Source of the DNA: an uncultured Gammaproteobacteria bacterium
GTDB taxonomy: Bacteria; Patescibacteriota; Patescibacteriia; Magasanikbacterales; JBBTQS01
NCBI GenBank assembly: GCA_964627525.1
Contig: CAZVIA010000002.1
Coordinates: forward strand, 59,262-123,261
DNA length: 64,000 nucleotides
Reading direction: 5' to 3'
A program made the position numbers and the translations under genes. The notes beneath the pieces are model-generated. The model was given only the letters and a program-made list of their open reading frames with translations, had not been told where the DNA came from and did not search any database. Position 1 is the stretch's first letter. Every line of letters starts with the position of its first letter. Shown here in pieces: positions 37,801 through 48,618 of the stretch.

Positions 37801-38832
37801 TCAGTTTTTTGCGTCAAACTTTAAAAGGTGTTCAATTATATAATTTTGTTCGGTTTTTGTCAATAAAGGATAAATAGGAATTGAAACTGTTGTTTTTAAT
37901 AATTCTTCTGCATTTGGTAAAGTTTTTGGCTGACCATAAACTTTATGCAAAACCTGCTTAACACCAAAACCTGTTTCAATACCTTTTGCTAATAAATATT
38001 TTCTTAATTTTTTTGCGTGCTTTGTGCGAATGCAAAACCTATAAAACAAATGATCTTTGTGTAAATATGTTTTTGGTAAAACATAATCAGTATTTTTCAA
38101 TGCAACAAAATATTTTTTTGCTAAACTTTTCCGCACACTGATAAATTTCCTCAACTTCTTTATTTGTTCTAAAACAATTGCAGAATTTATATCACTTAGT
38201 TCTAAATTTAATTTTTGTTTTTGTAATTTAATTTTTTTATCCAATCCAACCAAAGAAGTTGCAACTGCCCCACCACAACCTCCAGTAATAATTTTTGTGG
38301 CATAAAAAGAATACACAACAATATCACCAAAATTACCAGCTAATTTTTTATTAAAACTCGCACCAACAGACATTGCACAATCTTCAATAATCGGCACATT
38401 AAATTTTTCACTTATTTTTTTCAAAGCGTGCATTTCAGCCATTTGCCCATACATATGTGGAACAATTATTGCTTTGGTTTTTTTATTAATTACCTGTGCA
38501 ACAGCAACAGAGCTAATATTAAAATCGCTTAAACACACATCAACTATTTTTGGCTGAGCACCAACCATTTCAACTGCTTTTAACAAGGCATCACACACAT
38601 AAGCTGGAATTATCACCTCATGACCTTTTCTCACATCCAACCCAACCAAAGCTAAATATAAAGCAGAAGTTCCAGAATTTGTTAATATAACTTTTGATTT
38701 CCTAGAAATTTGTGAAAGTTTTTTACATAACAAATCACCCTTTTGACCCTGACTAATCATTCCACTCTCAAGAACTTTTTTCACAGCAAAAAATTCTTCT
38801 TTTGCTAAACTGGGTTTTGAATGCTTAATCAT
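37801..38832 (-). CDS. DegT/DnrJ/EryC1/StrS sugar aminotransferase
   Basis: NSGTSAL, PHMYGQ, IEDCA, SFYATKIIT (PLP lysine). Confidence 0.9.
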   Translation of the reverse strand: MIKHSKPSLAKEEFFAVKKVLESGMISQGQKGDLLCKKLSQISRKSKVILTNSGTSALYLALVGLDVRKGHEVIIPAYVCDALLKAVEMVGAQPKIVDVCLSDFNISSVAVAQVINKKTKAIIVPHMYGQMAEMHALKKISEKFNVPIIEDCAMSVGASFNKKLAGNFGDIVVYSFYATKIITGGCGGAVATSLVGLDKKIKLQKQKLNLELSDINSAIVLEQIKKLRKFISVRKSLAKKYFVALKNTDYVLPKTYLHKDHLFYRFCIRTKHAKKLRKYLLAKGIETGFGVKQVLHKVYGQPKTLPNAEELLKTTVSIPIYPLLTKTEQNYIIEHLLKFDAKN

Positions 38833-39587
38833 TTTTTTAAAATTATAATTAATGACTGCCCAAAAAATCTCTTAAAAAATATATCGAAAAATTTTGCAAC
38901 AGGTAAAACATATTTTTCAAAAAACATCACCTGCTTATTTACTTTATCATCATTTAAACTTTTTGGCCTAATGATACGACCGGTTATAAACCAACCAATC
39001 GCTCCTATAAAATTAAAATATTCCACTTTAACAACTTTCCAACCACTTACCTCACATTTATTAACCAACTCTTTTTTGGAATATCTACGACAATGACCTG
39101 CCAATCTATCCATACTTCCATAAAGTTTTTTTCCAGACGGAACTATCACAACAAAACTTGCACCACTTTCAAAAACCTCACAAACATTTCTCAAAAACTG
39201 TTCATCATTTTCAACGTGCTCTAAAACATTAAAACAAAAACCTGAATCACAATAATAACTTTTAATTTGCTCCAAATTATTTTGCAAAAAATCAAAACGC
39301 AGACATTGCACTTTTTTATTTTCTGAAAATTCTCTACTACACAAATCAATACACTCTTGAGAAATATCAATTGCTAAAATCAAATTTTTATTTTTATCTG
39401 CAAGTTGTTTTGTATAATTACAATAACCACACCCAATTTCCAAAATCCTATTTTTTAAATAAGGTTGAGCCTTACTCAATAACCAAGCGTGATATTTATC
39501 AACATCTGCCATTGCATTAGACATTGTTGATAATCCCACAGCTGGTGGCGTAGGTGTAACTGAAGTAGTTGAACTTTTTTCAATCAT
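38829..39587 (-). CDS. Class I SAM-dependent methyltransferase
   Basis: ILEIGCG, NVLEHVE, D...GHCRRY. Confidence 0.88.
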   Translation of the reverse strand: MIEKSSTTSVTPTPPAVGLSTMSNAMADVDKYHAWLLSKAQPYLKNRILEIGCGYCNYTKQLADKNKNLILAIDISQECIDLCSREFSENKKVQCLRFDFLQNNLEQIKSYYCDSGFCFNVLEHVENDEQFLRNVCEVFESGASFVVIVPSGKKLYGSMDRLAGHCRRYSKKELVNKCEVSGWKVVKVEYFNFIGAIGWFITGRIIRPKSLNDDKVNKQVMFFEKYVLPVAKFFDIFFKRFFGQSLIIILKK

Positions 39588-39588
39588 T

Positions 39589-40356
39589 TTAAACTTTATT
39601 AATCACAACTGACCAACTATAATCCCTAACTGACTGAATTTTATAATCAAGTGGTCCAGGCAATTTTTTAACCAAAGCCATAACCTCTTCCTTTGTCCAA
39701 TAATTTGCCACACGAGGAACTAAATGATCTAAAACAGTATGAATAATATGCTTGTAACTTGTTTTAGCCATTGTTTTCATATACTGGTTTTTGTGTGGAA
39801 AAATTTTTAAAAACAAATACAGCGGCGTTGCAAAAACATATGAAATTGCATGAGTTAAGAGCAAAGGCAACTTAGATGTTATTTTACGAATTGGATTTAT
39901 ATATTTAACCACCCATTCATTATTTTTATATCCATAAACCCAAATTGCCAACTTCCCACCTGATTTTGTTGCGGAATATAAATTACGCAAAGCCTTTCCT
40001 GGATTTTCTAGATGATGAAGTACTCCAATTGAAAAAACAATATCAAACTCATTCTCATAATTAATTTTATAAATATCTTGAAATTGCACTTCAGCATTTT
40101 TTGTATGCTTTAATAAATCTGTAGCAGCATCAATTGACTGAAAATCAAAATCAAAACCAACAACTTTTTTAGCACCCCAAGCTGTAGCTGTTAAATAACA
40201 ATATCTTCCCATTCCACAACCAGCGTCCAGAATTTTTTTATTTTTAAAATCTTCTTTTCTTAAATCCCCCATCCAGCCTGAAAACTGCTCTTCATAAATC
40301 GGAGGAAGAATGGCATATTTTTTCCAAGCATAACCAAATCTTTCTTGAGAACTCAT
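39589..40356 (-). CDS. Class I SAM-dependent methyltransferase
   Basis: ILDAGCGMGR, FSIGVLHH, IWVYG. Confidence 0.88.
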   Translation of the reverse strand: MSSQERFGYAWKKYAILPPIYEEQFSGWMGDLRKEDFKNKKILDAGCGMGRYCYLTATAWGAKKVVGFDFDFQSIDAATDLLKHTKNAEVQFQDIYKINYENEFDIVFSIGVLHHLENPGKALRNLYSATKSGGKLAIWVYGYKNNEWVVKYINPIRKITSKLPLLLTHAISYVFATPLYLFLKIFPHKNQYMKTMAKTSYKHIIHTVLDHLVPRVANYWTKEEVMALVKKLPGPLDYKIQSVRDYSWSVVINKV

Positions 40357-40359
40357 AAT

Positions 40360-41994
40360 TTATTTTTGTATTTCAAACATTGTATAATCTGCATTCTTAT
40401 ATATTTCTAACAAATTTTCTGTCACTTGTCCAGACCACTCACCTCTTGGCATCACAAAATGAGTGCACCCGGTTTTTAAAGCAAACTCAATGACTTTTTT
40501 AAGATCACCAGACCCAGTCTGTTCTTTATACAATATATATTCATCATACCATCGCTGACTATTTTCAGATGTGCTTGAATAATATAATGCACCTTCTTTA
40601 AAAGTCATGTTAGTATTTGTTTGGCTTAAAACTTTAAAATTAAAATCATCAAATATAAAAACTTTTGCATCGGTCTGACTTAAATTTTCACGAGAAAACC
40701 TTGCTATATCTTTTAGATTTTCAAAATCCCATTTAACCATTTCTTTGGATGCTGGCGCAAGATTAAATTTTTCTCTAATTTCAATTGGAACAACTTTTCT
40801 TACAACAGACCTGATAAACGGAGCAGAAAAATAAATCGGATAAAAAATCAATACAACTCCAGTTGCAACAGCTAATTTTTTCTTTCCAATTTTATTTAAA
40901 ATCCACAAATCAAAAACAGCTAAAGCAATCCACAAAAACCCAACAGCTCTCGCAAGTCGCAAATGCTCAACAAACAAAGGTGGTTTAAAATTAATAGATT
41001 GATAATAATTTCCCAAATCCACTACAAAAATAAATAATATAAAAATTATTGTAAAACTAACTATTGATTTGTGAGCCAAATGCATTTGTTTTGGAATTTG
41101 CGCGTGATATTTTTTAAACAAATAAAACGAAAGCAAAAACAAAATCAATAACGGTGTACCATCCCACAAACCACGTTTTGCATATTCAAAATCAACATCC
41201 CAAATTGCTGTTTCAGAAACCCTAAAATCAATTATCTCTGCTTGCTTAGCCTGATCTTCAACACTTACTAATTCCCCAGGATTTATTTGTTGAGTAAATG
41301 TATTTGAAAAATGTCCGTACCAAAACAAAGAAGACCCTAATAAATAAATTACAGCAAACAACGCAATGGGTTTAAAATATTTTTTTCTATGAACAACTAG
41401 TGCGGTCAAAATAAACATTCCAATAACTAAAATCCCAGCTGGTGGATACAAATAAACAGACAAAGCTGCAACTAAAGCCAAAACAATATTTTTTCTTTTA
41501 TCTTTTAAACCATAAACAACCCAATACAAACTCAACAACAAATACAAAGGAAACACCAAGCCAACTCCACGAACATTATCAAAATCCATTAAACCGATTT
41601 GTGTTGGATAAATATATTTTGGAATTATCAAAAGCACACCCACCAAACCAGCCAAAACCCAAGACTTTGTAAATTTATAAATAACAAGCCCACTTATTAA
41701 ATAAGTCAAAACCAACAACACCAACCCAATTGAAAGATACCCAGTCATTGAACCCTGCATTCCTAAATTTGCATAATATAAAATCGGATAAGCCAAATAA
41801 AACGGCTCCTGATTATACAATCTAGGTAAACCATCCCAATATTCATAATTTTGTTGCAAAACATTTAGTTGATACATCCAAACATCAGAACTTATTGCAT
41901 CTACATCCTTATGCAAATTCTCTTGCAAAAACAATCCAACAAAAATAATCAAAATTAATATAAAAAAAATAAAAGGTTTGAGGATTTTTCGCAT
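40360..41994 (-). CDS. Multi-pass membrane protein, possibly GT-C fold
   Basis: About ten or more hydrophobic segments with a soluble C-terminal domain; context in glycan locus. Confidence 0.6.
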   Translation of the reverse strand: MRKILKPFIFFILILIIFVGLFLQENLHKDVDAISSDVWMYQLNVLQQNYEYWDGLPRLYNQEPFYLAYPILYYANLGMQGSMTGYLSIGLVLLVLTYLISGLVIYKFTKSWVLAGLVGVLLIIPKYIYPTQIGLMDFDNVRGVGLVFPLYLLLSLYWVVYGLKDKRKNIVLALVAALSVYLYPPAGILVIGMFILTALVVHRKKYFKPIALFAVIYLLGSSLFWYGHFSNTFTQQINPGELVSVEDQAKQAEIIDFRVSETAIWDVDFEYAKRGLWDGTPLLILFLLSFYLFKKYHAQIPKQMHLAHKSIVSFTIIFILFIFVVDLGNYYQSINFKPPLFVEHLRLARAVGFLWIALAVFDLWILNKIGKKKLAVATGVVLIFYPIYFSAPFIRSVVRKVVPIEIREKFNLAPASKEMVKWDFENLKDIARFSRENLSQTDAKVFIFDDFNFKVLSQTNTNMTFKEGALYYSSTSENSQRWYDEYILYKEQTGSGDLKKVIEFALKTGCTHFVMPRGEWSGQVTENLLEIYKNADYTMFEIQK

Positions 41995-42095
41995 AATTTA
42001 AACAAAACCAAGCTGATTATACATCAACAGTTTGGTATTTACAAAAAAATTATCTTAAGCTAAGATATACACACTTTAAAGATTTGGCTAAATTT

Positions 42096-43088
42096 ATGGA
42101 AATTATTCAGGAACCAAAGAAAAAAGTCTTATTATTAGGAGGAGCTGGATTTTTGGGATATTATATTTCTCATGAATTACATGATTTAGGTCATGAAGTT
42201 GTTATTTATGATGGTTATATAAATTTTTTGGATCACGACAAATCTAATTATAAATTATTTTTGCGTGAACGAACCAAGGATTTGGCTAAATTTTGTAAAA
42301 TGGAATATGGTGATATTCGAGACACAGATCGTTTAATAAAAGTTTTGAATGAACATAAGCCAGATGTTGTTGTGATGTTAGCTGCTATTCCAATTGCAAA
42401 TGTTTGTAACCAAATGGCTTCAGAAGCTTTGGACATAAACTTGAATGGAACAATGTCTGTTTTGCGTGCACTTGGTACAAATGATTTTGTTAAAAGAATA
42501 ATTTATTCATCATCAAGTTTTGTTTATGGAAATTTCCAATATGCACCTTGTGATGAAAAGCACCCTTGTACACCAATTGATGTTTATGGTGGCACAAAAC
42601 TAGCAACAGAAAATTTGATCAAAGGATTTTCAACTCGCTATGGTCGTGAATATGTAATTGTAAGACCGTCTGCTGTATATGGACCTTTGGATGCAAACCG
42701 CCGTGTGAGTCAAATTTTTGTAGAAAATGCTTTATTAGGAAAACCTATCACTATTCATGATCCTAAAACTGTTTTAGATTTTAGTTATATTAAAGACACT
42801 GCAGATGGTTTTACAAAAGTTATTACAAAAGTTAATGCAGCAAACGAAGTCTTTAATATTACAAGAGGCGAAGGTCGGACTTTATTAGAGTTCGCACAAA
42901 TTATTAAAAACCTAATACCTAATGTTGAAATTAAAACACAGTTTGATGCTGAAGAAGCTCGTCGTCCTGTGCGCGGTGGTTTAGATATTCGCAAAGCTCG
43001 CGAAATGTTAGGTTATGATCCTAAATATTCAATTGAAAAAGGGTTGGCAGAGTACATCCCATTTGTAAAACAAAAATTTGGCCTATGA
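42096..43088 (+). CDS. NAD-dependent epimerase/dehydratase
   Basis: GGAGFLG, SSSFVYG, YGGTK, RPSAVYGP; promoter-like TTTACA-17-TAAGAT upstream. Confidence 0.9.
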   Translation: MEIIQEPKKKVLLLGGAGFLGYYISHELHDLGHEVVIYDGYINFLDHDKSNYKLFLRERTKDLAKFCKMEYGDIRDTDRLIKVLNEHKPDVVVMLAAIPIANVCNQMASEALDINLNGTMSVLRALGTNDFVKRIIYSSSSFVYGNFQYAPCDEKHPCTPIDVYGGTKLATENLIKGFSTRYGREYVIVRPSAVYGPLDANRRVSQIFVENALLGKPITIHDPKTVLDFSYIKDTADGFTKVITKVNAANEVFNITRGEGRTLLEFAQIIKNLIPNVEIKTQFDAEEARRPVRGGLDIRKAREMLGYDPKYSIEKGLAEYIPFVKQKFGL

Positions 43089-44197
43089 TTCCATTATGCA
43101 AACCATATATAAATGAAAAAGAATTTGAGTACGTTGAGAAAGTTTTGAAATCCGGCTGGTTGGCTGATGGCCCAATCAATCGTGAATTTGAAAAACAATT
43201 TGCAGAATACATCGGAGTAAAACATGCTGTGTGTATGAACTCTGCAACCAGTGCTTTGTTTATTGTTTTAAAAGCTTTAGACATAACAGGTGAGGTAATA
43301 ATTCCAAGTTTTACTTTCAGTGCAACAGCAAATGCAATTGTAACTGCTGGAGCAACTCCTGTTTTTGTGGACATTGATTTTAAAACTGGAAATATTGATG
43401 TCGCAAAAATTAAAGCTGCTGTCACAGAAAAAACTCAAGCTATCATGCCAGTGCATTTAGCTGGACAAAGTTGTAATATGGATGCTCTAATGCGAATTTG
43501 TCGTGAAGATAATTTGCATTTGATTGAAGATAGTGCAGAAGCTATTGGTGCACATTATAAAGGACGAAAAACTGGTTCATTTGGAATTGGTTGTTTTTCA
43601 TTTTTCCCAGTAAAAAATATGACAACTGGTGAAGGTGGAATGTTAACTACTAATGACAATGCTTTGGCTCAAAAAATTCAGACTTTGGTAGCGCATGGAA
43701 TACCTCGTCATATTCAAAAAAATCCTAAAAAATTCTGGGAACGTTCGTCTCATGAAGCTGGATATAATTTTCGCTTAAGTTCTATTTTAGCTGCAATTGG
43801 TTTAGTGCAATTAAACAAACTAGATACAATGAACGCAATGCGTCAGAAAAACGCAACTTATTTAAATCAAAACCTTGATAAAGAAAATGTTGAAGTGCCT
43901 TATCTGGCTGATGGCTGTGATCATGTTTATCAAATGTACACAATTCGTGTTGCTCCAGAAATTCGTGATGAGTTAGTGCATTTTTTACGTGAAAGAGAGA
44001 TTTGTGCCTCAGTACATTTTGATCCACCAGTTCATGAACAAAAGTTTTATAAAGGTTGGTATAAAAGTGAAGGGCTTGAACAAACTGAAAAACTTGCGCG
44101 TTCAATTATTACATTACCAATGTTTCCGCAAATGACACCACATCAATTAGAAAAAATCACAAACACTGTAAATAACTTTTTTCAAAAAAATAAATAA
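43085..44197 (+). CDS. DegT/DnrJ/EryC1/StrS sugar aminotransferase
   Basis: NSATSAL, MPVHLAG, IEDSA, SFFPVKNMTTGEGG. Confidence 0.93.
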   Translation: MIPLCKPYINEKEFEYVEKVLKSGWLADGPINREFEKQFAEYIGVKHAVCMNSATSALFIVLKALDITGEVIIPSFTFSATANAIVTAGATPVFVDIDFKTGNIDVAKIKAAVTEKTQAIMPVHLAGQSCNMDALMRICREDNLHLIEDSAEAIGAHYKGRKTGSFGIGCFSFFPVKNMTTGEGGMLTTNDNALAQKIQTLVAHGIPRHIQKNPKKFWERSSHEAGYNFRLSSILAAIGLVQLNKLDTMNAMRQKNATYLNQNLDKENVEVPYLADGCDHVYQMYTIRVAPEIRDELVHFLREREICASVHFDPPVHEQKFYKGWYKSEGLEQTEKLARSIITLPMFPQMTPHQLEKITNTVNNFFQKNK

Positions 44198-44203
44198 AAA
44201 AAT

Positions 44204-45118
44204 ATGGAAAAATATCATTTGCCATATGTAGTTGTATTTATTCCTGCATACAACGAAGAGGATTCAATTGGTCGTGTTATTGAAATGACAAAAGACCAAT
44301 ACAAAGGACCAAATCAAATTCAAAATGATTATGTTTTGGATATTATTGTAATTGACGACGGTTCAACAGATAGAACAAGTGAGATTGCACGTGAGCATGG
44401 ACTAAGAGTTGTACACCATCCAAAAAACCAAGGATTAGGCGGAGCAACACGAACTGCTTTACGAACTTGTTATGAAATGGGTGCTACAGTTGGTGTTAAA
44501 ATTGATGCTGATTTTCAACATGATCCAGAAGATATTGATAAAGTTGTACGACCAATTTTAGAAGACCGCGCTGATTCTGTTTTTGGAACAAGATTTAAAG
44601 GTGGCTTAGAATATAAAATGCCTTTGTATCGTGACTGGGGAAATAAATTTTTCAGCTGGTTAACTGGACTGATTACTGGTTTAAAAGTTACAGATGGACA
44701 AACTGGTTTAATGGCCTTTCATCGTCGTTACTTAAAAATTGCCAACTTAACTCAAAGCTATAATGAAACACAACAACTGATTATTGATTCTTGGGGAAAA
44801 CACATGCGCGTTACCGAGGTGCCAGTTTTGTTTCATAAACGCACAACCGGAACATCATTTATTTCATGGAAATATCCTTTGATTGTTTTACCAAACATGA
44901 TTCGCTTATTTATTCATTTCAAACCTTTACGATTTTTCTTGCCAGTTGGAGTGTTGTCAATAATTGCCGGACTTGTAATTGCAATTTTAATGACTTACAA
45001 CAACGGAGACCCTGTTGGAATTTTTGGAAATGCATCAGTAGCAATCTTTATTTTAGCTGGATTACAAATAATGTTCTTTGGAATGTTAGCTGACCAAATC
45101 GGCAAAAAGCGTTTCTAA
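44204..45118 (+). CDS. Glycosyltransferase family 2 with two C-terminal TMs (polyprenol-P sugar transferase-like)
   Basis: PAYNEE, DDGSTD, IDADFQH, DGQTG; two C-terminal hydrophobic helices. Confidence 0.9.
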   Translation: MEKYHLPYVVVFIPAYNEEDSIGRVIEMTKDQYKGPNQIQNDYVLDIIVIDDGSTDRTSEIAREHGLRVVHHPKNQGLGGATRTALRTCYEMGATVGVKIDADFQHDPEDIDKVVRPILEDRADSVFGTRFKGGLEYKMPLYRDWGNKFFSWLTGLITGLKVTDGQTGLMAFHRRYLKIANLTQSYNETQQLIIDSWGKHMRVTEVPVLFHKRTTGTSFISWKYPLIVLPNMIRLFIHFKPLRFFLPVGVLSIIAGLVIAILMTYNNGDPVGIFGNASVAIFILAGLQIMFFGMLADQIGKKRF

Positions 45119-45158
45119 TAATTTTATATCTGGAATTTGATCTAAAATCGATTTAAAA

Positions 45159-45989
45159 TTACTTCCTAAAATAATCTCTAAATTTAAAAAACTGCCAGCC
45201 CATGTTGCGCAGTTTTTTAATTTCTTTTTTTGTTGGGATAGAAAAATATTCACCCTGATCTGAAGGATTTTCTTTTGTGTGAACTTCTTCACCTAATTTT
45301 ATTTTTGTAATAAAATTTATTAGCAACTCAGCAGCACCTTGCATACACCTCATTGTTATTGAATGTTCTGTGTCAGTTTTTTGCACTTTAAAAAGCCTTT
45401 GATCAATAATTCTGCCAGTATCAATTCCTGGATCAATATAATGCAAAGTTATCCCAATATGATCCTCACCACCCAACAAAGCCCTCAGAATCGGCCCTAC
45501 GCCCTTATATTTAGGCAATTCAGATGCATGAGTGTTCACAATCCCATATTTTGGTATGTTTATAATTTTTTTTGAAATTTTTTCCATTGAGCCAATTGAC
45601 ATAATTATATCTGGCATCATTGCTTTTATTAAATTTGTTTTGTGAATTTTTTTTAAATTATTAAATGGACTAAGCACAAAAAAATTATTTATTTTTGAAC
45701 CAAGTTTGTTGTAAGGATAATAAGGTGAATTTTTTTTATTAAAAATTTTTGCATATGTCTGCGCTAATAAAAATAAAAACTTTTTAAACCCTTGAGTAAA
45801 AACATAATTAGCCCCGCTAATTTTTAAGTAACGCCTTAAAGCTTGTGAAGTTTTTTTACCCGGCACAATCCAATCTTGTTCAAGCACAAAAACATAATCA
45901 TCTTTTTCAAAAATCCCAGAATGCAAAAGTTGATTCAAAATATAATTTGAATATGGATATCCTTTTAGTGCAAAAATCACATATCTCAT
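45159..45989 (-). CDS. Formyltransferase family protein (probable sugar N-formyltransferase)
   Basis: NTHASELPKYKG, GITLH.IDPGIDTG. Confidence 0.88.
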   Translation of the reverse strand: MRYVIFALKGYPYSNYILNQLLHSGIFEKDDYVFVLEQDWIVPGKKTSQALRRYLKISGANYVFTQGFKKFLFLLAQTYAKIFNKKNSPYYPYNKLGSKINNFFVLSPFNNLKKIHKTNLIKAMMPDIIMSIGSMEKISKKIINIPKYGIVNTHASELPKYKGVGPILRALLGGEDHIGITLHYIDPGIDTGRIIDQRLFKVQKTDTEHSITMRCMQGAAELLINFITKIKLGEEVHTKENPSDQGEYFSIPTKKEIKKLRNMGWQFFKFRDYFRK

Positions 45990-45998
45990 ATAATTCTA

Positions 45999-47891
45999 TT
46001 ATCCAAAATATTTTTTATACCAAAGCTGCCAAGTTAATAGTGTATATAATTTACGTCCATTATTTTTTTTATGTTGAAAATTCTGTTCAAGCAACTGCTT
46101 AACATAATCATACTGAAGCAACCCAGCTTTTTTTATTTCTTGTTCAGACAAAACATCTAACAACAAACTTTTCCAATGAGTATTACACCACTTCCCCATT
46201 GGCACTGTAAAACCTTGTTTACCTCTTTTGGTAATTTTTTCTGGTAATTTATTTTTCATTAACTCACGCAATAAAAATTTTGAGGTACGACCTTTTAGTT
46301 TAAATTCTGAAGGTAACTGATTTACATAATTCACCACCTCATGATCTAAAAACGGAGAACGTACTTCTAAAGAATTTTGCATACTAGAACGATCCACCAT
46401 TGCAAGAACTTTTTGTGGCAAATACATTTTTTGATAAAAACCTGCTACCTCGCTTAAATAATCTTTCGCACCTTTTGTTGAAAAATATTTTAAAGGTTCT
46501 TGTGCAATTTCTTGTGCTTGCAAACAAATTAATTTATCCAATTCCTGTAAATGAAAAGCACCCAACCAGCCCTGATGTCTAAATGCTAATTTATCATGAG
46601 CTTGAACAAATTGTTTTACTTTGTAATCAAAACTTAAATAATTAAATGAAGTTGGTAATAATTCAGCAAAAACTTTTCCACTTGTTTTCATCCAACTTGG
46701 TAACTTTTTCCAAATCTGAAAAACTTTTTCTGCAAAAAAAGTTTGGTAGCCCATAAATAATTCATCTCCACCGTCTCCACTTAAAGCAACCGTTACATGC
46801 TTACGTGTTTTTTGAGCTAACATATATTGTGGCAAAACTCCTGCGTCTGCAATTGGCTCATCAAAAATATCTGGCAACTTCTGAATTGTATTTTGAACTT
46901 CTTGAATTGTCATTGGAAGTTCTGTGTGATCTGCACCAACATGATTCGCAACAATGCGAGCATATTCAGATTCATCAAAACTCTTATCTTCAAAAGAAAC
47001 TGAAAAAGTTTTTAATCTTTCTGAAGTTGATTGAGATGCATACCAAGCAACTGCACTTGAATCCAACCCCCCACTTAAAAACAAACCAAGAGGCACATCA
47101 GAAATCATTCTACGCTTAACAGCTGATGAAAATAGACTGTCTAAATTTTTTAAAGCTTGTTCAGCCGAATCATGCATTCCATGCTCTGCACCTTGAACTC
47201 CATAATGTGAATTAAAATTTGAACCAAAATTAACTTCCCAATATTTATGGATCTGAACTTCTCCACCTTGATAAACCAAAACACTTGCTGGTTCTAACTT
47301 TTGCACATCTTGATAAATAGTTTCAGGCGACGGGATATACTCATAAAAAAAATATTTATGAGCTGCATTAACATTTAATTCTTTTTTAAAACTTGGATGC
47401 TCAGCAATTGCTTTTAGTTCAGAAGCAAAAACAAAATCCTTATTCTGCTGTGTCCAATACAATGGTTTTTGCCCCAAACGATCACGTACCAAAATTAATT
47501 TACGTTTATCAAAATCCCACAAAGCAAAAGCAAACATTCCATTTAATTTTTTTACAAAATCAATCCCCCATTCTTTATATGAAATTAAAAGCACTTCAGT
47601 ATCTGAATTTGTATTAAACACATGACCTTTGGCAAGCAACTGTTCTCGCAATTTTTGAAAATTATAAATTTCACCATTAAAACTTACAATACAACTTTGA
47701 TCTGAACTTTTCATTGGTTGCACCCCTCTCTCCAAATCAATAATAGACAAACGACGATGACCTAACCCTAAACCAAATTTTTCATCAACAAAAAAACCAG
47801 ATGCATCTGGCCCACGATAAATTAACGTATTTGTCATACGTCGTAAATCTTGTTCTGTACCAGCACCAACAAACCCAGTTATGCCGCACAT
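45999..47891 (-). CDS. asnB: Asparagine synthase-like glutamine amidotransferase (glycan amidation, WbpS-like context)
   Basis: N-terminal CGITG, RGPD, HRRLSIID, FNGEIYN, LSGGLDSS, SGDGGDELF. Confidence 0.92.
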   Translation of the reverse strand: MCGITGFVGAGTEQDLRRMTNTLIYRGPDASGFFVDEKFGLGLGHRRLSIIDLERGVQPMKSSDQSCIVSFNGEIYNFQKLREQLLAKGHVFNTNSDTEVLLISYKEWGIDFVKKLNGMFAFALWDFDKRKLILVRDRLGQKPLYWTQQNKDFVFASELKAIAEHPSFKKELNVNAAHKYFFYEYIPSPETIYQDVQKLEPASVLVYQGGEVQIHKYWEVNFGSNFNSHYGVQGAEHGMHDSAEQALKNLDSLFSSAVKRRMISDVPLGLFLSGGLDSSAVAWYASQSTSERLKTFSVSFEDKSFDESEYARIVANHVGADHTELPMTIQEVQNTIQKLPDIFDEPIADAGVLPQYMLAQKTRKHVTVALSGDGGDELFMGYQTFFAEKVFQIWKKLPSWMKTSGKVFAELLPTSFNYLSFDYKVKQFVQAHDKLAFRHQGWLGAFHLQELDKLICLQAQEIAQEPLKYFSTKGAKDYLSEVAGFYQKMYLPQKVLAMVDRSSMQNSLEVRSPFLDHEVVNYVNQLPSEFKLKGRTSKFLLRELMKNKLPEKITKRGKQGFTVPMGKWCNTHWKSLLLDVLSEQEIKKAGLLQYDYVKQLLEQNFQHKKNNGRKLYTLLTWQLWYKKYFG

Positions 47892-47892
47892 A

Positions 47893-48600
47893 TTATTTAC
47901 TCAATTTTTGTTTCATTAAAAATTCTACTATCCCCCAATCAAAAATATCATCAATATCAAACGAGTCTTCAACTTCCATTATATAAGGAATATGGTTTTC
48001 TCCATACAAAGTTTTTGTTCCTAACAAATGATCACGCTTGCTAATTAACAAAGCTGGACCATTGCGCGCATAAACTTCTGGCTTATCCTGACGACGCAAA
48101 ATTTTGTCACCATGACCTTCCATAAAAGCTTTTAATTTTCCATCCTCAATTTTCATTACTGAAACAGGATTAAAACAATGAGGAACTTTTTGAACACTAA
48201 CCAAAGAATCTGGATTTTCTTTTTCAAACAAATCAATTGCTTCGTCAATTTGTTCAGCTGTTCGTAAAGGAGATGTTGGTTGCAAATAAATTAAAGCATC
48301 TGGCACATAACCTTCATCTGTTTCTAATTTTTCTAAAGCATGAATAATTCCATCAATCGCAGGACTTTTATCTTGTGCATGTTCAGCTAATCGCATAAAA
48401 GGAACTTCAACACCAAAAGACTTAGCTACTTCAGCAATTTCTTCACTATCTGTTGAACAAATCACTCTATCTAATTTTTTACTAGCCAAAGCTGCTTCGC
48501 ATGTATAACCAATCAATGGTTTGCCAGCCAACTCTTTAATATTTTTTCCAGGAATTCCTTTTGACCCACCACGAGCTGGAATCATTGCTAAAATTTTCAT
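47893..48600 (-). CDS. neuA: CMP-nonulosonic acid synthetase (acylneuraminate cytidylyltransferase)
   Basis: IPARGGSKGIPGKN, LQPTSPLR, DIDD..D. Confidence 0.92.
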   Translation of the reverse strand: MKILAMIPARGGSKGIPGKNIKELAGKPLIGYTCEAALASKKLDRVICSTDSEEIAEVAKSFGVEVPFMRLAEHAQDKSPAIDGIIHALEKLETDEGYVPDALIYLQPTSPLRTAEQIDEAIDLFEKENPDSLVSVQKVPHCFNPVSVMKIEDGKLKAFMEGHGDKILRRQDKPEVYARNGPALLISKRDHLLGTKTLYGENHIPYIMEVEDSFDIDDIFDWGIVEFLMKQKLSK

Positions 48601-48618
48601 AATTTTATTAGACTAAAA

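Noticed and set aside
42000-45158. Invertible (phase-variable) segment explaining the + strand three-gene block
   Set aside because: No flanking inverted repeats or invertase found; ordinary divergent promoter-like motifs exist at 42000-42070
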